From an uncultured Gammaproteobacteria bacterium (GTDB lineage: Bacteria > Patescibacteriota > Patescibacteriia > 2-12-FULL-60-25), in NCBI GenBank assembly GCA_964415465.1, contig CAYQAL010000001.1:66749-130748 (forward strand): 64,000 bases of DNA, in the 5' to 3' direction. How positions within the stretch are numbered: the first letter of the stretch is position 1; each line of letters opens with the position of its first letter. Positions 59,613-64,000 of the stretch are shown here, one piece after another. The notes under the pieces were generated by a model. The model saw only the letters and a program-made list of their open reading frames with translations. It was not told the DNA's origin and made no database searches. A program made the position numbers and the translations under genes.

Positions 59613-59644
59613 TGTCTCAAAAGGAGATGTTTTCTTGTGACACA

Positions 59645-59673
59645 AAAAGCCCCGCATAAAGCGAGGCTTTTTG
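59645..59673. terminator. bidirectional intrinsic terminator next to tRNA-Leu(CAA)
   Basis: AAAAAGCCCCGC-ATAAA-GCGAGGCTTTTT. Confidence 0.6.
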
Positions 59674-59760
59674 TGGTGCCGGGAGAGAGAATCGAACTCT
59701 CATGACCTTGCGATCGCAGGATTTTGAGTCCTGTGCGTCTACCAATTCCGCCATCCCGGC
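59674..59760 (-). tRNA. tRNA-Leu (anticodon CAA), class II
   Basis: Reverse complement folds as GCCGGGA/TCCCGGC acceptor, CAGGA-CTCAAAA-TCCTG anticodon arm, long variable arm, T-loop TTCGATT, A73, CCA. Confidence 0.9.
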
Positions 59761-59819
59761 TCGTTATTTGTCCAGCAGAGAATAGCGGGTTCTTGGGGAC
59801 AGAGTCAAGCCGTGGCTTG

Positions 59820-59828
59820 TGGTATACT
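59820..59828 (+). promoter_or_regulatory. extended -10 TGGTATACT 9 nt upstream of the antiporter ATG
   Basis: TGn plus TATACT, then cagggcgac, then ATG. Confidence 0.35.
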
Positions 59829-59837
59829 CAGGGCGAC

Positions 59838-61544
59838 ATGACGCTCTTTGGAGAACTCTCGGTGCTCTTTCTAGCTGCCGCCGCGCTCGCTTTGTGTTTT
59901 CAGCGATTGCGGTTGCCGACCGTTGTTGCGTATCTAGTGACCGGCCTCGTGCTCGGCCCCTTTGCGTTAGGTCTTTTACAGGCCTCAGAGCTGTTCGAGC
60001 TCCTGGCGCAAGTTGGTATGTGCGCGCTGCTGTTTTCCGTCGGGTTACACGTAAACGGCAAGGCGCTCAAAGAGCTAGGAAAAACCGTTTTGAAAGTGGG
60101 ACTGCTCCAGATCAGTTTGAATGTAGCGATCGGACTCGTCATTGGTCGCGTGGTCGGATTTGGATGGTTCGCTTCGGGTTTGTTGGGGGCAGCCTTGTCC
60201 TTCAATAGCACCGTATTGGCATTACGTTCGTTGGGTGATCGTGGCGACTTGAATCGTTCACATGGAAAGATCACGACGGGTATCTTGTTGCTCCAAGATG
60301 TCTTTGCCACGATTGTATTGTTGGTGGTTGGAATCGCACCGTTGCAAGGTGGGGGAATGGAAGTCATGTTTGTCATTCTAAAAGGCTTAGGATTGCTTGC
60401 GGCGGTCACTCTTCTTGCCCGAACGATTTTGCCTAAGATCATTGACCAGGCTGCTCGTTCTCAGGAATTGCTCGCCATCGGTTCGCTCGCGTTTGCGCTT
60501 GGCATGTCGCTGGTCTTTCACGAAGTCGGCTGGTCGTATGAAATTGGTGCGCTTCTGGCTGGTGTCTGTTTGGCGAACACGGTCTATCGGTTCGAGATTG
60601 AGTCGAAACTTAAACCAATGCGCGAGCTGTTCTTGGTTGTGTTCTTCGTTCTCTTGGGAAGTAAAATCGATATTACGAGCCTTCGTTCTGGTTGGGCGAT
60701 CGCAGCCGTATTGATTCCAACGATTATTTTGATCAATCCTTGGTTTGTCGGGCGTTTGATGCGGCACTTTGGTCAGGCGCGTTCCCCCTCGTTCTTGGTC
60801 GGGATCCATTTGTCGCATTTGAGCGAGTTTTCGTTACTCTTACTGTTCGTGGCCAGTCGCTCGATCCAACTTCCTACCAATTTCACGTCGGCTATTACGG
60901 TAGCGGTGGCCTGTACCATGTTGGGTGGCAGCTTGCTCATGACCCATGCTGAACGGGTGCGCCAGTTCGTAGAGTGGCTCTTCCGGATCAAGCCAGAAGC
61001 GAAGTCGATTCAAGAAACCAAAGGCGAGGAATACGACGTCATTTTATTTGGCTGTCATCGAGTGGGAAGCGACTTCCTCCCGGCCTTCAAAAAGATGAAG
61101 GCAGACTATCTAGTGGTAGATTTTGACCCAGAAGCGATCGCTGACCTTGAAGAAAATGGCATTCCTTGTCGGTACGGCGATGCAGAAGATCTTGGATTTT
61201 TGCGTGAGATCGGAACAGATAAGGCTAAACTCATCATTTCAACGATCCCAAGCATCCGAGTAAATACGGCTATTTTAAATCTGCGCCGCGCTCATCGGCC
61301 GGCCGGAACCCTCATTTTTGTGGCGCATACGGTAAATGAAGCCTTGGCATTGTATCGTCAGGGGGCGACCTATGTGATTTTGCCTCATGTACTGGGCGGA
61401 AATTACGCCTCTCAGCTGGTTGAGTCCTTTGGGTTAAGGCGAGAGGCCTTTACCCAAGAACGGACCCGTCACATCGCTCATTTAAAGCGCCGTGGCGACT
61501 ATGTTTCGGCGGTTCCGATGCTGTCCCACGGCCGCTGGCGGTAA
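59838..61544 (+). CDS. CPA2 (Kef-type) cation:proton antiporter with a C-terminal RCK/TrkA-N domain
   Basis: About 12-TM Na_H exchanger core, then a Rossmann-like DVILFGCHRVGSDF...VVDFDPE segment. Start trimmed out of the tRNA to ATG 59838. Confidence 0.85.
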   Translation: MTLFGELSVLFLAAAALALCFQRLRLPTVVAYLVTGLVLGPFALGLLQASELFELLAQVGMCALLFSVGLHVNGKALKELGKTVLKVGLLQISLNVAIGLVIGRVVGFGWFASGLLGAALSFNSTVLALRSLGDRGDLNRSHGKITTGILLLQDVFATIVLLVVGIAPLQGGGMEVMFVILKGLGLLAAVTLLARTILPKIIDQAARSQELLAIGSLAFALGMSLVFHEVGWSYEIGALLAGVCLANTVYRFEIESKLKPMRELFLVVFFVLLGSKIDITSLRSGWAIAAVLIPTIILINPWFVGRLMRHFGQARSPSFLVGIHLSHLSEFSLLLLFVASRSIQLPTNFTSAITVAVACTMLGGSLLMTHAERVRQFVEWLFRIKPEAKSIQETKGEEYDVILFGCHRVGSDFLPAFKKMKADYLVVDFDPEAIADLEENGIPCRYGDAEDLGFLREIGTDKAKLIISTIPSIRVNTAILNLRRAHRPAGTLIFVAHTVNEALALYRQGATYVILPHVLGGNYASQLVESFGLRREAFTQERTRHIAHLKRRGDYVSAVPMLSHGRWR

Positions 61545-61621
61545 GCCTTGCGACGCAACCGTTCCTCCTTTACACTGACGGCGTTTGAGAGCGTGCGCTT
61601 CTAACGAAAAGGTCCCTTGGT

Positions 61622-62410
61622 ATGGCGCGTATTATTTCCATCGTAAACCAAAAAGGCGGGGTAGGAAAAACGACCACGGCCATTAATTTGGGCGCGTATC
61701 TTGCAGAACTTGGGAAGTTCGTCTTGATTGTGGATTTGGATCCTCAGGCAAACGCGACTTCGGGGATCGGAATTGATCATCGTCAGATTGAGCGGGGGGT
61801 GTACGAGGCGGTGTTGGGTCAAGCGTCTTTCAAAGAGATTGCTCAGCCAACAGCTCACGTGGGTCTTCGGATCGCTCCAGCCACGAACGCGCTCGCTGGA
61901 TTGAACGTCGAATTGGTTCCATTGGAGAATCGTGAATTTAAGTTGCGTGATGCGTTGCGTGAAATTCGTAACGACTACGATTTTATTTTGATTGATTGTC
62001 CGCCAACGCTTGGGCTGATCACCTTGAATGGGTTGGTGGCTGGCGATGAAATTTTGATTCCGGTTCAGGCCGAGTACTACGCGCTTGAAGGTCTGGGTCA
62101 GCTCTTGGAGACGGTCCAGCTTGTTCAAGATCGCCTACGTCCAGAGGTCGACATTCTTGGGGCGGTCATTACGATGTACGATGGTCGTACAAAGTTATCG
62201 GATGACGTGCTGCAAGAGTTGTACAAATATTTCCCAAATAATATATTCCGTTCGGTGATTCCGCGAAATGTGCGTTTGGCTGAAGCGCCCTCATTCGGTC
62301 GAAGTATCGCGCATTTTGATGGTGGTTCAAAAGGAGCGAAGGCGTATGAACGGTTAGCGCGTGAAGTGTTGGAGCGTGAAGTCAATCATTACCATATTCG
62401 TACCTTATGA
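61622..62410 (+). CDS. parA: chromosome partitioning ATPase ParA/Soj
   Basis: Deviant Walker A NQKGGVGKTTT, DCPP motif; overlaps parB by 4 nt. Confidence 0.9.
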   Translation: MARIISIVNQKGGVGKTTTAINLGAYLAELGKFVLIVDLDPQANATSGIGIDHRQIERGVYEAVLGQASFKEIAQPTAHVGLRIAPATNALAGLNVELVPLENREFKLRDALREIRNDYDFILIDCPPTLGLITLNGLVAGDEILIPVQAEYYALEGLGQLLETVQLVQDRLRPEVDILGAVITMYDGRTKLSDDVLQELYKYFPNNIFRSVIPRNVRLAEAPSFGRSIAHFDGGSKGAKAYERLAREVLEREVNHYHIRTL

Positions 62411-63390
62411 TCCCATCTCGTCCTTCGGGCCTCGGTCGTGGCTTAGGAGCTATTATTCCGCCAAAGACGCCGAACGGGATGGCTCCGCCTCCAGCGCCAA
62501 CACAGAATGCTGATTTGCGTTCAGCGGCCGTGCCGCCTGTGCAGTCTGTTCAATCCGCTCCGCCAGTCCAACCAGCGGCAGAAAAAACAGAAGAGACGTC
62601 TCCAGAGTCGGGGATCCGCATTGTTCAAGTCTCCTTAGAACGAATTAAGCGTAATCCGTACCAGCCGCGTACGCATTTCTCGCACGATGAGTTGGAAGAG
62701 TTGATGGGAAGTATCAAGGAGCATGGCTTGTTGCAGCCGCTGGTTGTCACGCCGGCTGGAGCGGACGGAAGTTATCAGTTGATTGCTGGTGAACGTCGTT
62801 TCCGAGCGATGTCGATTTTGGGTGAGAAGACGGTGCCCGTTATTATCCGTGAAGCCACAGAGCAGCAGCAGCTTGAGCTCGCCATCATCGAAAACATTCA
62901 GCGCCAAGAGCTGAACGCGCTGGAAGAGGCAACAGCCTATGCCCGCTTGGCGGATGAATTTGGACTGACCCAAGAAGAGATTTCGCAGAAAGTTGGAAAG
63001 AGCCGTTCACAGGTCGCAAATACCATTCGTTTGTTGATGTTGCCAAAAGAGATCCGCGACGCGGTGACCGAAGGAAAAATTAGTGCCTCGAATGCGCGTA
63101 CCTTGCTTGCGCTACCAACCGATGAAGAGCGCTTGAAATTATTTCATACGTTAGTAAACGAAGGTCTGACAGTTCGTCAGGTGGAGGATCGCGTGTCCGT
63201 TCGTCGACCGGGCCAGAGTGTTAAAGATCCAAATCTCTCAGATCTTGAGTTCCGCCTGCGCGATCAACTTCACTGCCGAGTCGAGATTCGTAAAAATAGC
63301 CGCGGTGCGGGTGAAGTGCGCTTGCGCTTTACGTCTGAAGAAGAGCTTTCACGCTTGGCGAAGCTCTTAGGAGAAACAGCCTCCTCGTAA
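62407..63390 (+). CDS. parB: chromosome partitioning protein ParB/Spo0J
   Basis: NPYQPR, LLQPLVV, GERRFRA box and an HTH segment. Confidence 0.9.
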   Translation: MIPSRPSGLGRGLGAIIPPKTPNGMAPPPAPTQNADLRSAAVPPVQSVQSAPPVQPAAEKTEETSPESGIRIVQVSLERIKRNPYQPRTHFSHDELEELMGSIKEHGLLQPLVVTPAGADGSYQLIAGERRFRAMSILGEKTVPVIIREATEQQQLELAIIENIQRQELNALEEATAYARLADEFGLTQEEISQKVGKSRSQVANTIRLLMLPKEIRDAVTEGKISASNARTLLALPTDEERLKLFHTLVNEGLTVRQVEDRVSVRRPGQSVKDPNLSDLEFRLRDQLHCRVEIRKNSRGAGEVRLRFTSEEELSRLAKLLGETASS

Positions 63391-64000
63391 TTATTTCGTT
63401 GTCCCCGGCAAAATCCCTTTGATCCAGGTACCGATGCGTGACTTCGCCATTTGGCGGATTTTGGCTTTGGCGTGACGGGTTTTTACGAACTTAATCCAGT
63501 CAGGGTTCGGCCCTTTGCGATTTTTGTCGACAATGATGTCGATCATGTCACCGTTCTTCAGGATACGGTCGACGGGCGCGAGGTCTTCATTGATTTTGGC
63601 ACCAGTGCAGGTGTCACCGATTTGGCTGTGGATGGCATACGCGAAATCAACACAAGTGCTGCCTTCCGGTAAGTCGATGACATCGCCTTTTGGCGTGAAC
63701 ACGAAGATGCGATTCTGGAAGGCATCGATCTTCATTTCTTCTAGCGTGTGGAGTTTGTCTTTCTTGTCGCCAAGCTCTTGTTGAAGCTCGGCTAAATCAG
63801 ACACCCAGTTTGGGGCCTTATTTGAGTTTGGTTCAGAGCGCTTGCCGTTTTCATCGTAAGCCCAGTGCGCTGCAATACCATATTCGTTTTCCGCATGCAT
63901 GGCACGCGTACGAATCTGGAATTCAACAATTTCACCACCTTCGCAGAAGACGGTCGTATGAAGCGAGCGATAGCCGTTTGGTTTTGGCTGAGCGATGTAG
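63391..64000 (-). CDS. rel: RelA/SpoT-family (p)ppGpp synthetase/hydrolase (partial; N-terminus right of the window)
   Basis: EFQIRTRAMHAENEYGIAAHWAYD synthetase motif and a TGS domain (IFVFTPKGDVIDLPEGSTCVDFAY). The frame stays open to the window edge. Confidence 0.8.
   Translation of the reverse strand, partial: YIAQPKPNGYRSLHTTVFCEGGEIVEFQIRTRAMHAENEYGIAAHWAYDENGKRSEPNSNKAPNWVSDLAELQQELGDKKDKLHTLEEMKIDAFQNRIFVFTPKGDVIDLPEGSTCVDFAYAIHSQIGDTCTGAKINEDLAPVDRILKNGDMIDIIVDKNRKGPNPDWIKFVKTRHAKAKIRQMAKSRIGTWIKGILPGTTK

Larger units (their letters stand above)
58880..59615. other. high-GC island 5 (~0.74 kb) between tRNA-fMet and tRNA-Leu(CAA)
   Basis: GC-rich block with one SD-led, GC3-rich gene and a 12-bp GC hairpin. 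Confidence 0.6.

Noticed and set aside
59613-59660. CCCCGCA shared between the tRNA-fMet 3' end and the terminator near 59650, as an att remnant for island 5.
   Set aside because: The match is only 7 nt and lies inside a functional-looking terminator stem. This is within chance expectation.
1-64000. Genome-wide stop-codon or sense-codon reassignment, prompted by the odd tRNAs.
   Set aside because: TAA, TAG and TGA all terminate well-conserved genes at the expected lengths. TTA codons fall at conserved hydrophobic or Leu positions where I could compare, for example the FtsE segment TLAKLL. There is no in-frame stop inside any conserved gene.

Overview
This 64-kb window looks like a small-genome bacterium with roughly 50% GC, judged by eye from sampled lines and not computed. 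The gene content and several domain-reduced housekeeping proteins suggest a CPR/Patescibacteria-like organism; this is inference only.

The backbone is densely packed housekeeping:
- engB, malic enzyme and ftsEX
- class II photolyase, pepF, an ABC-F ATPase and two NUDIX proteins
- an ECF sigma/anti-sigma plus MacAB/HlyD-like export operon
- an SPFH protein, a SulP transporter and a thermonuclease
- fmt-def-priA and a GT39-like glycosyltransferase cluster
- HIT, murA, ctp and an SLT-like wall hydrolase
- valS, tyrS, argS, asnS and aspS
- bactofilin, scpAB, a DD-carboxypeptidase, a Kef-type antiporter, parAB and a partial rel

There are seven tRNA or tRNA-like genes: Gln-TTG, two atypical ones, Leu-GAG, CAT, initiator CAT and Leu-CAA. 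I saw no rRNA, CRISPR array, integrase or transposase.

Four signals stand out:
1. Five short islands at about 65-70% GC sit in intergenic or tRNA-adjacent positions. They carry GC3-rich ORFs, strong Shine-Dalgarno (SD) sites and GC-rich hairpins, whereas host genes are mostly SD-less. One 1.4-kb island has no long ORF but holds five SD-led mini-ORFs in two families.
2. Two tandem class-I tRNA-like genes between valS and tyrS combine Leu-type anticodon triplets with a tRNA-Ala-like G3:U70 acceptor stem and lack an encoded CCA.
3. A mosaic accessory segment lies downstream of tRNA-Gln, with an att-like repeat of the tRNA 3' end.
4. Many host genes show a recurrent TAnnnT-N7-11-ATG arrangement that suggests leaderless transcripts.

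All functional calls come from motifs recognised by eye; no database search was possible.
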